Notes: generated from the sequence alone by a model not told the origin. A DNA stretch of 64,000 nt from Dehalococcoidia bacterium (GCA_965220315.1 CBDCPP010000002.1:45736-109735); one strand, 5' to 3'; shown: positions 9,344 through 18,862, numbered from the stretch's first letter. A program made the numbers and translations.

Positions 9344-10357
9344 CTATGCCATGGCTGGCTCATAGAGGCCCATGCGAGCAGCGCTGGTGAGACGAGCACG
9401 CTGCTGGAAGACCGCCTGAGAAGCTGGGGCGTTGGCGGGGTCGCCGCCCCAGGTCTTGAGAGGGGTGGCCTGCAGACCACGACCGTAGGAGAAACTGAGC
9501 TCCCAGGGTTGGCCAGCAGAGAGGCGGTTGATGGCGTTCAGGTTTTCGGTGGCTTCGGTGTCGGTTTGTCCGCCGGAGAGGAAGACGATGCCGGGGACGG
9601 CGGCGGGCACCGTGCGACGGAAGCAGCGAATGGTAGCGGCCGCTACCCCCTCAGGTCCTTCACGGGTAGGAGCGTCTTTTCCGGAAAGCACCATGTTGGG
9701 CTTGAGTAGGATGCCCTCAAGGTGAACGCGCTGCTCGGCGAGCGACTGGAAGACGCGGCGCAGGGTTGCGGAGGTGACTTCCAGACAGCGGTGGATGTCG
9801 TGGGGACCATCCATGAGCACTTCGGGCTCGACGATAGGTACGAGCCCGGCCTCTTGAGAGAGAGCAGCGTAGCGGGCGAGCGCGTCGGCATTGACGGCGA
9901 TGGCATGGGCACTAGGGAGATGGGGGCCAATGGCAATGACGGCGCGCCACTTCGTAAAGCGAGCGCCGAGGTCGCGGTACTCGGCGAGGCGGGCGCGGAG
10001 GCCGTCGAGGCCCTCCGTGACTTTTTCGCTGGAGGAGCCGACGAGGGGCTTGGCACCTTTATCGACCTTAATACCGGGCAGCACGCCGTTGGCGGTGAGG
10101 ATGTCGACGAGCCGCCAGCCATCATCGGCATGCTGGCGGATCGTTTCGTCGAAGAGGATGACGCCGCTGATGTACTCGCCGATGCCGGGAGCGGTGAAGA
10201 GGAGATGGCGCCAGGCGCGCCGGGAGTGTTCGGTCGATTCGACCCCGATGGAGGCAAGGCGCTTTTGAATGGTACCGGCGCTCTCGTCGGCAGCGAGGAT
10301 TCCCTTGCGTTCGGCAACGAGGTCGCGCGCGGTTGCTTCCAGCTCACTGGCGTTCAT
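9344..10357 (-). CDS. Fructose-bisphosphate aldolase class I
   Basis: GILAADES, GIKVD, KWR, PIVEPE, LLKPNM, FLSGGQ, FSYGR. Confidence 0.95.
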   Translation of the reverse strand: MNASELEATARDLVAERKGILAADESAGTIQKRLASIGVESTEHSRRAWRHLLFTAPGIGEYISGVILFDETIRQHADDGWRLVDILTANGVLPGIKVDKGAKPLVGSSSEKVTEGLDGLRARLAEYRDLGARFTKWRAVIAIGPHLPSAHAIAVNADALARYAALSQEAGLVPIVEPEVLMDGPHDIHRCLEVTSATLRRVFQSLAEQRVHLEGILLKPNMVLSGKDAPTREGPEGVAAATIRCFRRTVPAAVPGIVFLSGGQTDTEATENLNAINRLSAGQPWELSFSYGRGLQATPLKTWGGDPANAPASQAVFQQRARLTSAARMGLYEPAMA

Positions 10358-10503
10358 GAAGCCTCCGCATTTCTGGGTGGCCGCTGGTCCTTTGCTCGGC
10401 GCGCCGAGGCGCGTCTACGATGCTAGCTCCACCCTCGGAGCAGTGCAGCGCCACTGTTGTCGCCGTGTTGTCGCAGCAGTGTGCTTCTGTCGCCGCAGAG
10501 CGA

Positions 10504-11565
10504 TTACTCGGCGCTGTCCTCGGTACTGATGGCGGCGTTGATGGCGGTAACGGCGGCGTGGCTGCCGACGAAGAGCGGCGTGCGTTGGTGCAGGTGTTGC
10601 GGCGTGAAATCCAAGACACGCTGGGCGCCATTACTGGCAGCGCCGCCCGCACGCTCGGCAACGAAAGCAAGAGGAGCAGCTTCGTAGAGAAGGCGGAGCT
10701 TGCCGGCGGGATTCTTGGAATCGCCTGGATAGAGGAAGATGCCGCCCTTGAGCAGATTGCGATGGAAATCGGCAACGAGGGAACCAACGTAACGCGCCGC
10801 GCAGTTCGCACGTAGCTCGTGTACGGCGCGCTGCACACCGGGGCTCCAGCGATCGAAGTAGTGCTCGTTGACGCTGTAGTAGGTGCAGGCGTCGGGGAAG
10901 CGGATGCCGGAGTGGGTGAGGCGAAAACGATTGGCGTCTGGATCGAGAGTGTAGGCATCGACGTCAGTCGCCGTCGCCACGACGAACATCGTGCTAGAAC
11001 CGTAGAGGGTGTAGCCAGCGGCGATCTGCTCGGCGCCGGGGCGAAGGAAAGTGGCTGCATTTAGCGGTACGCCCGGAGGGCGCTGGTAGATGCCGAAGAT
11101 GGAGCCGATAGTAACGGCAACATCGATGTTGCTGGATCCATCGACGGGATCGAAAACCACGAGATAGGGATGCGAGGCATCGTCCGCGACGACGACCATG
11201 TGCTCCAGCTCTTCACTAGCCATTGCGGCCACGAGCTTCGTCTGACGCAGACAGCGTTCGAAGGCGCGCTGCCCTTCGACATCAAGGCGTTGAACCGCTT
11301 CGCCTTGAACGTTGACTTCTCCGGTGCCTCCCAGCATGCCAGCGAGGCTGGCCATGCGAGTAAGGCGCCCAACTTCGATGGAAGCGCGGGCGATCGCGGT
11401 GAGCACGGCGTTAATGGAAGGATCTTTGGTAAAGCCGTTCTCGGTGACCACAGCGCTATCGCATTCTATGCACGCTCGGTCCAAGTGGCCGACGGCGAGC
11501 TCGCGTGACTTGCCGCTTGCCGCGGCCCTGGTTCGACCATGGACCGCAGATAGTCCGACGTACAC
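10504..11565 (-). CDS. fbp: Class 1 fructose-1,6-bisphosphatase (start uncertain)
   Basis: NVQGE, SEE, FDPVDGSSN, ARYVGSLVAD, GKLRLLYE. Confidence 0.93.
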   Translation of the reverse strand: MYVGLSAVHGRTRAAASGKSRELAVGHLDRACIECDSAVVTENGFTKDPSINAVLTAIARASIEVGRLTRMASLAGMLGGTGEVNVQGEAVQRLDVEGQRAFERCLRQTKLVAAMASEELEHMVVVADDASHPYLVVFDPVDGSSNIDVAVTIGSIFGIYQRPPGVPLNAATFLRPGAEQIAAGYTLYGSSTMFVVATATDVDAYTLDPDANRFRLTHSGIRFPDACTYYSVNEHYFDRWSPGVQRAVHELRANCAARYVGSLVADFHRNLLKGGIFLYPGDSKNPAGKLRLLYEAAPLAFVAERAGGAASNGAQRVLDFTPQHLHQRTPLFVGSHAAVTAINAAISTEDSAE

Positions 11566-11887
11566 GTTGGCGTCCCACGGTCACGCAAGGTCTCACGCAG
11601 CATGGGTCTCTCCTGCCGAGATGCTGGAGGCCGGTCGAATCCGTCCAGGACCGATCGATGACAGACGCCCCGCTCGGCGGCGTCTCGCATGACAATGATA
11701 CGAGTGTAGTGGCACGCCCGCTCTTTCCTCGCGCGGGCGGCCTGAGTGAAAGTTGCCAAGTTGTCCCCGACATCTGGGACAGGGGCTGGCAGGAAGAGCG
11801 ATAGCACAGTGCCACGGTGGGGCTGGACCGATCGGGCTATTATTTGAGTCCACCGCTCATATCTATCGCACCAAGAAGGAGATGCTG

Positions 11888-12124
11888 ATGGCAGACAGTC
11901 CGCACACGTACAAGATCGTCGAGTTGGTTGGGTCATCGCCAGAGAGCATCGATACAGCGATTCGCAATGCGCTGGGCCGCGCGAATCAGACGCTGCGTAA
12001 CATCGATTGGTTCGAAGTACGTGAGATTCGGGGTTACGTCACGGACGGGGAAGTGGGCGCCTTCCAAGTAAAGCTGGGAGTGGGGTTCCGAATCCTGGAG
12101 AATGCGGACCTAGAGCGTACGTAG
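11888..12124 (+). CDS. Dodecin (flavin-binding)
   Basis: TYKIVELVGSS...TLRNIDWFEV...FQVKLGVGFR; AAGGA RBS. Confidence 0.92.
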   Translation: MADSPHTYKIVELVGSSPESIDTAIRNALGRANQTLRNIDWFEVREIRGYVTDGEVGAFQVKLGVGFRILENADLERT

Positions 12125-12179
12125 GCAGTGCTTGCGCGATTCTGCGCTCGGAGGCAGGTTCCGGAGCGGCCCACAGATA

Positions 12180-13730
12180 TTAGGCAGCGGCTCCACGGTC
12201 GCGCAGGACGGCGTGCGCTGCATTGTGCCCGGGCGCGCCTGTAACTTCCCCGCCGGGATGGGTACCCGCGCCGCATAGGTAGAGGCCAGGGACAGGAGTG
12301 CGATAGCCGCTCCAGCCCGGGAGCGGGCGGGCGGCAAACATCTGCTGGGGAAGGATATCGAGGTGGCGGATGTTGCCGTCGGTCATGCCGACGCGGGACT
12401 CGATCTCTTCGGGACTGATCAACAACCAATCCTCGACGCAGTCGCGGATATCGGGGGCGTAACTGGCGATGTCATCGAGAAGCTGCTCTCCGACTTCCCT
12501 CCCCCGCTCGGCCCAGGTTCCTTCCCGGAGATGCACTGGTTGGTAGGTCACCCAAGCGGAAAGCAAGTGAGCGCCCGGGGGCGCGAGGGTGGGATCGATA
12601 ACGGTGGGGATTTGGAGCTGCATAAGGGGATGGCGAGTGGGAATGCCGGCCATAGCGTCGCGCCAGCTGGCTTCGATCGCGTCGAGGCCGGGCATGATGC
12701 GGATCATGGCAAGGCGCGATTGGTCGTCGTCCGGGCGGAGGAAGCGGGAGAAATCGGGAAGGCGCTTGAGCACGGCGTGCAACTTGAGCGAGGCCGAGCG
12801 AGTCTTGAGGCGGGCGATCGCAGTGGGAAAGCCATCTGGGAGAGCGGCGGGGTCGACGAGGCGGAGGAAGGTGGTCTTCGGGTCGGCGTTGGAGAGGATG
12901 TACGGAGCTGCGAGCGTCTCGCCGCTCGCAAGGACGACGCCGCACGCGCGGCCGTCTTGGATGACGATTCGCTGGACGGGCGCCTCCGTACGGATGGTAG
13001 CGCCAGCCGCAGTCGCGGCAGCGGCCATAGCTTGGGTGACGCCACCCATGCCACCACGAACGATGCCGTAGTCCTGATCCGGCGTGAGCAGATTGGTCTT
13101 GAAGTACGCCTGGGTAAGAGCGCTGCCGGGGGCGTCGATCTGGCCGAAGTCGCCGGTACCGACAGCAGCGGCGGCGAGGCGGGGATCCTGGAAGGTTCTC
13201 TCCGCTAGGTCACGGAGGGGCACGGTGAGCAGCGTTTCGAGCAAGGCGGCATCGTCGCTGCCTGCAACGTCAGCGGCAAGCTGAGCGAAGGTAGGTGGCT
13301 CGCGCAGGAAGTAGCGCAGCAAGAGCGCGCCTGCACGCTCCCAGAATCGGATCCACGCAGGGTAAGCCTTGGCGTCGGCGGCGGAGAGGGGAGCGATCTC
13401 CTCGGCGGTGCGTTGAGCGTTGTGCCACATGCGGAAATGACTGCCATCGGGAAAAGGGAAAAGGGCAGCAGGATCGAGCGGGTAGATGTGGAGGCCGTGG
13501 TCCCGGAGCCCAAGGTCGTTAATGACCTTAGGCTGCAGCATGTGGGCGATGTAGGCGCAGGTACCGATGCGGTAGCCCGGGAAGGCCTCCTCTGTCACAG
13601 CGGCACCGCCGACGACGGGACGGCGCTCGAGAACGAGGACGCTCAGTCCGGCACGAGCCAGATACCAGGCAGCGACGAGACCGTTGTGTCCGCCGCCGAC
13701 GATAAGACAGTCTGCATCGTTGTCGGACAT
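12180..13730 (-). CDS. Phytoene desaturase-like FAD-dependent oxidoreductase
   Basis: GGGHNGL, LERRPVVGG, GGMG, LYLCGAGTHPGG-V-GAPG. Confidence 0.88.
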   Translation of the reverse strand: MSDNDADCLIVGGGHNGLVAAWYLARAGLSVLVLERRPVVGGAAVTEEAFPGYRIGTCAYIAHMLQPKVINDLGLRDHGLHIYPLDPAALFPFPDGSHFRMWHNAQRTAEEIAPLSAADAKAYPAWIRFWERAGALLLRYFLREPPTFAQLAADVAGSDDAALLETLLTVPLRDLAERTFQDPRLAAAAVGTGDFGQIDAPGSALTQAYFKTNLLTPDQDYGIVRGGMGGVTQAMAAAATAAGATIRTEAPVQRIVIQDGRACGVVLASGETLAAPYILSNADPKTTFLRLVDPAALPDGFPTAIARLKTRSASLKLHAVLKRLPDFSRFLRPDDDQSRLAMIRIMPGLDAIEASWRDAMAGIPTRHPLMQLQIPTVIDPTLAPPGAHLLSAWVTYQPVHLREGTWAERGREVGEQLLDDIASYAPDIRDCVEDWLLISPEEIESRVGMTDGNIRHLDILPQQMFAARPLPGWSGYRTPVPGLYLCGAGTHPGGEVTGAPGHNAAHAVLRDRGAAA

Positions 13731-14923
13731 CAGAAGAACGGTTCCTGAGGCTCAAGCCCGAGCAACACGCGCCCGGCATCCTGCTGCAGCCGATCTGTGA
13801 GGGAGAGGTGTTGCGTGACGACGTGGATGTCCCGGAAGGCGCGCTCTAGGGGGTTGCCGCGCGTGATCGCGCTGGTGCCGGCGAGCGCGTAAGCGATATC
13901 GACAACTTCAGCAGAGCGCCGCCCGGCATGTACGGAGGCGAGATGGATCAACGCTGCGTCGCGCTGGGTCACGGCAGAACCACGAACAGCAGCCTGCTGG
14001 GCAGCATCGACGGTCTCGAAGAAGAAAGCGCGGGCGGCACGGAGACGGCCCTCCGCCTCGGCCAGCTGTAGCTGCACACGAGGGTCATCGCGAAGGGAAG
14101 TAGGAGCGAGGAAAGAGGTCTTGCGGGCGATAACCGGCAGTACGGTGTCGATCGCTCCGCGAGCGATACCGAGGGCCACGGCCGCATTGGATGGCGCCAA
14201 GACGCAGCCCAAGGGCATACAGTAGGCGCGCGACGGTGCCGGGGGTGGCGCGCCGAGAAGGTCAAAGCTGTGCTCGGTGGGAACGAAAACGTCCTCGGCA
14301 GCGAAGTCGTTGCTGCCGGTGCCACAGAGGCCCAGCACGTCCCAAACGTCGATCAGCTCGCATTGGGCGCGCGGGAGAAGCAGCGTCATAACGAGGGGCT
14401 GGCCTTGTGCATCGTTCCGTTGCTCTGCACCGTCCCAGATGGTGCAGTCGGCGACGATCCAAGCACTGTGGTCGACGCCGCTGGTAAAGCGCCAGCGACC
14501 GCTGACTTGGTAGCCACCGGCACAAGCCCGGGCGCGCCCGCCGTTGGTGATGGAAGAGGCGATGACAATTCGAGGGTCAGCGCCAAACAACTCACGGGCC
14601 ACAGGCACGGCCAGCCAACTACCGGCCATGCCATTGCCTATCGCACCAACCATGAGGCACCAACCGGTCGATCCATCTGCGACGGAGACAATTTCGACCG
14701 CTTCAAGGAACTCGGGGGCGAGGGCATCGATACCGCCCAGCGACCGAGAAACGATGAGCTTGAAGAGTCCAGCGTCGGCGAGGGCGTCAACGACCGGCCG
14801 GGCAAGCTGCCGCTGATGTTCGGACTGGTCGGCATGCGCGCGCACTAGCGGCTGGAGCCGCTGCGCGGCCACGAGGGGAGATTCGAGGCGGGTGGGATCC
14901 GGGGTGGAGGTTGAATCTGGCAT
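13730..14923 (-). CDS. Acyl-CoA dehydrogenase-fold flavin-dependent hydroxylase (HsaA/IacA-like)
   Basis: VSGRWRFTSG, WDVLGLCGTGSND, LERAFRDIH; start MPDST; stop overlaps the next start. Confidence 0.82.
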   Translation of the reverse strand: MPDSTSTPDPTRLESPLVAAQRLQPLVRAHADQSEHQRQLARPVVDALADAGLFKLIVSRSLGGIDALAPEFLEAVEIVSVADGSTGWCLMVGAIGNGMAGSWLAVPVARELFGADPRIVIASSITNGGRARACAGGYQVSGRWRFTSGVDHSAWIVADCTIWDGAEQRNDAQGQPLVMTLLLPRAQCELIDVWDVLGLCGTGSNDFAAEDVFVPTEHSFDLLGAPPPAPSRAYCMPLGCVLAPSNAAVALGIARGAIDTVLPVIARKTSFLAPTSLRDDPRVQLQLAEAEGRLRAARAFFFETVDAAQQAAVRGSAVTQRDAALIHLASVHAGRRSAEVVDIAYALAGTSAITRGNPLERAFRDIHVVTQHLSLTDRLQQDAGRVLLGLEPQEPFF

Positions 14924-15061
14924 CGCTCTTATCCCGAGACAGCACCTAGGAGAGAGGGAGGATACCAGGATGCCACGACCGATCCGAAGCGATCGTGGTT
15001 CCATTAGTCTCCAAGGTGCGCAAGGCGATCGGATCGCCGACAGGGCCGACAAGGAGGCACC

Positions 15062-15973
15062 ATGCGAGTGGGATTCATCGGCACGGGCAGCATCGGGGAG
15101 CCGATGGCGCGGCAGCTGCTCTCGGCCGGGCATGAGCTAGTGGTGCACGATGCGCGATCGGAGGCGACCGCGAGCCTGCGCGAGCTCGGCGCGGCGTGGG
15201 GCGCTGACGCGCGGGAGGTGGCCGCGGCGTGCCGGGTAGTGCTGACGTCGCTGCCGGGCCCGGCCGAGGTCGAGGCAGTGGTGACGGGTGCAGACGGGCT
15301 CCTGACAGCGGCGCAGCCAGGCGACGTTCACATCGACCTCAGCAGTAATTCCGTGGCGATGGTACGGCGGCTCCATCGAGAGGAAGCGGCACGCGGGGTG
15401 CTGTACATCGACTGCCCGGTAACAGGGGGCGTGCGCCGAGCGCGGCGTGGAGCGCTGACACTGCTGGCGAGCGGTGAGCGGCAGGCGTTCGAGCGGGTGG
15501 AGCCGTTGCTGCAGGCGCTGGGCGAGCACGTGTTCTATGTGGGCGAGGCAGGCAGCGGTTGTCTGACCAAGTTGATCAACAACGCGATCGTGCTGTGTGC
15601 GGGGCAATTGGTACAGGAAGGGTTGGTACTGGGAAGCAAGCTAGGTCTGGAACCGGAACGATTGTATGAAATGTTGAAGGTGGGGTCGGCGGCGCCGCAT
15701 ATCGGGCTGATGCCGTACATGATCGGCCGGCGGTTCGCGGATCCGACGTTCACACTCGCGCTGGCGAGCAAGGACGTGGGGTTGGCGCTCGAGGCAGCGC
15801 GCGACGCGGAAGTGCCGATGCCGGTGACCGCAGCGGCACAGCAGACGTATTTAGCCGCAATGGGGCGGGGGTTGGGCGAGCAGTCGTTCTTGGCGACGCA
15901 GATCCCGCTCGAGCAGGGAGCCGGCGTGGAGGTGCCGTTGGTGGAGACGGATGCGGGAAGCCAGCGGCTCTAG
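15062..15973 (+). CDS. 3-hydroxyisobutyrate dehydrogenase family NAD(P)-dependent oxidoreductase
   Basis: GFIGTGSIG, DCPVTGG, KLINN, KD motif. Confidence 0.9.
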   Translation: MRVGFIGTGSIGEPMARQLLSAGHELVVHDARSEATASLRELGAAWGADAREVAAACRVVLTSLPGPAEVEAVVTGADGLLTAAQPGDVHIDLSSNSVAMVRRLHREEAARGVLYIDCPVTGGVRRARRGALTLLASGERQAFERVEPLLQALGEHVFYVGEAGSGCLTKLINNAIVLCAGQLVQEGLVLGSKLGLEPERLYEMLKVGSAAPHIGLMPYMIGRRFADPTFTLALASKDVGLALEAARDAEVPMPVTAAAQQTYLAAMGRGLGEQSFLATQIPLEQGAGVEVPLVETDAGSQRL

Positions 15974-15999
15974 GAGCCGGGCAAGGAGAGTAGTGAGTC

Positions 16000-17412
16000 G
16001 TGCAAGCAACATCAGATGAGCGCTACTTAGCGCAAGCGACGATCGAGGAGATCGGGGAACGGATTCGGCGGCGAGAGGTATCGCCAGTAGAAGTCACGCA
16101 GCTGACACTCGATCGAATCGAACGCCTCAACCCGAAGATCAACGCGTACTACACGGTCTTCGCCGAGCAGGCACTGGCGCTGGCGCGCGGCTTGGAGGCC
16201 GAGGTCGCGGCAGGGGTGTACCGGGGGCCGTTGCACGGGATTCCGATCGCGATCAAGGACATCTACGAGGCGGGACCCACGACGTGCGGGAGTGAGCCGC
16301 TGGTGGGGTACGTAGCGGAGCGGGAATGCGCGACGGTGCGGCAGCTGAAGGCGGCGGGGGCAATCGTGGTGGGGAAGGCGGCGACGTATGAGTTCGCGTT
16401 CGGGGTGCAGACGCGCGCATCGCACTTCGCGCCGACACTGAACGCTTGGGACGCGCGCCGGGAATGCGGAGGGTCGAGCAGCGGCACAGCAGGAGCGATC
16501 GCGGCGGGACTGGCATATGCAGGGATGGGGAGCTGCAGCGGCGGGTCGATCCGGTGGCCGGCGCAGTGCTGCTTCCACGTGGGGTTGAAGCCGACCTACG
16601 GACGGGTGAGCCGGGCGGGGATCTATCCGCTGGCGTGGAGCCTGGACCATCCGGGGCCGCTGGCGCGCACAGTGACCGACGCCGCTTATATGTTGCAAGG
16701 GTGCGCAGGGTACGATCCCGACGATCCTGCTTCCGCAGATGTACCCGTGCCGAATTTCGCGTCGAAACTGGGCCGCGAGATCAAGGGGATGCGGATCGGG
16801 GTGCTGCGCGACCTGTTCGAGAATGGCTGCGATCCCAAAGTGCGCGCGACATTCGAGGCGGCGTTGCCGGTGTTCGAGCGTCTGGGCGCGCGCATCGTGA
16901 CGGTGCCGACGATCTCGCACGCGCAGTTGACGGCGATCGCGCTGCCGCTGCTATGGAGTGAGGCCGGCGCGGTCCATCGGAGCAACCTGCGGCAGCGCGG
17001 GGACGAGTACAACCCGCATACGCGGCAGGCGCTGCTGTGGGGGCTGTTAGTGAGCGCCGGTTACAGCAACCTGGCCAACCGCGCGCGCGCGCAGGTGACG
17101 GCGGCGCTGCGGCAGGCCCTGCATGCACAGGCTGACGCCTTCGTCTTGCCGACGACATGCTTCCAAGGTCCGCCGCTGGTGCTCGACGACACGCCAGGGT
17201 TTGGGGCACGGCTCGACCGGGGAGCCCTGCACACTGCGATCTTCAACCTCACAGGGGCACCGGCGATCCAAGTACCGTGCGGGTGGGACGCGGACGGGCT
17301 ACCAGTCGGGATGCAGATCAGCGCGGCCGCTTTCGACGAAGAAACGATGTTGCAGGTGGCGTACGCGTACGAGCAGGAGGCGGGATGGTTCCGCCAGCGA
17401 CCGGATATCTAG
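16000..17412 (+). CDS. Amidase signature family protein
   Basis: GPLHGIPIAIKD, GGSSSG, GGSIRWPA, GLKPTYGRVS. Confidence 0.92.
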   Translation: MQATSDERYLAQATIEEIGERIRRREVSPVEVTQLTLDRIERLNPKINAYYTVFAEQALALARGLEAEVAAGVYRGPLHGIPIAIKDIYEAGPTTCGSEPLVGYVAERECATVRQLKAAGAIVVGKAATYEFAFGVQTRASHFAPTLNAWDARRECGGSSSGTAGAIAAGLAYAGMGSCSGGSIRWPAQCCFHVGLKPTYGRVSRAGIYPLAWSLDHPGPLARTVTDAAYMLQGCAGYDPDDPASADVPVPNFASKLGREIKGMRIGVLRDLFENGCDPKVRATFEAALPVFERLGARIVTVPTISHAQLTAIALPLLWSEAGAVHRSNLRQRGDEYNPHTRQALLWGLLVSAGYSNLANRARAQVTAALRQALHAQADAFVLPTTCFQGPPLVLDDTPGFGARLDRGALHTAIFNLTGAPAIQVPCGWDADGLPVGMQISAAAFDEETMLQVAYAYEQEAGWFRQRPDI

Positions 17413-17435
17413 CAAGTGTCCCCGAGGGAGAGCGA

Positions 17436-18005
17436 TCAATCGTGGACGAAGCGGAGGGCAGTGCGGTCACGGGGGTCGGTAGCGAGGCCAAGGTAGCGGC
17501 GGCGGAGGTCATCCCAAAGGGTTAAGCGCGCCCAGTCCGGGCTCGCCAGGTGCTTGTCGTCGTCATCGAGGAAGGGGTTGGGGAGGAAGACCGTGAGCTG
17601 CTGCTCGTCCTTGCCGTTGAAGAGCCGCAGGCCCCAGGAAACCGGGCGGGCATCGGGATCGAGACGGCGGTAGAACTCAGCGCGAGCGGTGCGGCGGTGG
17701 TAGGCAAGACGGGAATCGACGGGCTGATCGAGCCCGCGATGGGCGTCGATACAGATATGCAGGTGCCAGGCATCGAAGGCAACGGTGAGATAGCCGTCAA
17801 GCATGGCGACGGTGACCGGCGCGGCCGGGGCGCGAATCTCCAGCACGGAACCCTGGATGAGAACACCGAAGCGGATCGCGGCCCAATGATCGCGGAAGAG
17901 TTCCGTGCACAGCGGGACCAGCGTCGTGGCGGAGGTGTCGAGGGGAAAGAGTTCGAGCGTGCCGTTGCCGGGCTCGGTAACAGTTCGGCTGATGCCGGCG
18001 CCCAT
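17436..18005 (-). CDS. Protein of unknown function, coupled to the NHase accessory gene
   Basis: Natural-looking composition with WHLHICI, SWGLRLFNG, LPNPFL motifs; start shares base 18005 with the upstream stop. Confidence 0.75.
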   Translation of the reverse strand: MGAGISRTVTEPGNGTLELFPLDTSATTLVPLCTELFRDHWAAIRFGVLIQGSVLEIRAPAAPVTVAMLDGYLTVAFDAWHLHICIDAHRGLDQPVDSRLAYHRRTARAEFYRRLDPDARPVSWGLRLFNGKDEQQLTVFLPNPFLDDDDKHLASPDWARLTLWDDLRRRYLGLATDPRDRTALRFVHD

Positions 18006-18859
18006 CAGAAGATCTCGTCGCGCTCGCCGAATTCGTACTCGTTGGTGCGTTCGGTGACCTCCGGGTCGAGTGTCACGTCTTTTTCGGCAAGGATGTCCTC
18101 AAAGGCGGCCAACCAACACTTGTAGTAGTCAAACGGATCCTGCCCGCGCTCAGCCTCCGCGATACGGTCGATCAGGCGCTCGCGAAACTCGTCCCATGTG
18201 TAGAAGTGCTGGTCCTCCAATGCGGCCGCCATGCCAAAGATGCGCCCGTGCCAAGGGTCGTCAAAAACGAGCTCGCCGTTCTTGCGCGGGAGAGCAGCGG
18301 TCCCCTGCCAGCGTGCGAGCACGCGCTCGGGCGGCTCTGTGCCGACGTTTCGGTCGGCCTCGAGCCTGGCGGCAGGCATGGGGCAGGCAGCGCTCTGCGC
18401 CGCGAGGCGGCGGCGCCAGTCGCGGCGATCGTCGAGGGGGAGGCCATCGGGGCGGTCTTGCCACTGCGAAGCAGTGAAGTGGAGATCCGCCAGCGGAGCG
18501 GGGGGCGGAAGGTAAGCATCAGCGTCGAGCATGGCATCGATATAGTCGTAAAGAGCGAGAATGAGTGGCTCACTGTTGACCGATTGGAACCAAAGGGCGC
18601 GCCCGTCGAAGAGGAGCAGGACGACGTTGGCGAGGGCGCAGGGGCCGAGGCAACCGCCGATCGAGAGGTGGACGATGTTGCGGAAGCGGCGGCGCTCCCA
18701 TTCGGTGTGGTAGAGCTCGGCCGGCACGGGGGCAAAGCCATCCTCGGTCCGGCCGCAGCAGCAACCAGACTCACACACGAAGAGCATGCCGCGCATGCGG
18801 GCGACGTTGACGAGGACGCCGTCTGGGCGCGTGACGAGATTGCGGCGGCGCTGCAGCAT
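18005..18859 (-). CDS. Nitrile hydratase accessory protein fused to an N-terminal Cys-rich thioredoxin-like (2Fe-2S ferredoxin-type) domain
   Basis: N-terminal FVCESGCCCG...GGCLGPC; C-terminal LPRKNGELVFDDPWHGRIFGMA...WDEFR...YYKCWLAAFE typical of NHase beta-like accessory proteins. Confidence 0.82.
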   Translation of the reverse strand: MLQRRRNLVTRPDGVLVNVARMRGMLFVCESGCCCGRTEDGFAPVPAELYHTEWERRRFRNIVHLSIGGCLGPCALANVVLLLFDGRALWFQSVNSEPLILALYDYIDAMLDADAYLPPPAPLADLHFTASQWQDRPDGLPLDDRRDWRRRLAAQSAACPMPAARLEADRNVGTEPPERVLARWQGTAALPRKNGELVFDDPWHGRIFGMAAALEDQHFYTWDEFRERLIDRIAEAERGQDPFDYYKCWLAAFEDILAEKDVTLDPEVTERTNEYEFGERDEIF

Positions 18860-18862
18860 CCG

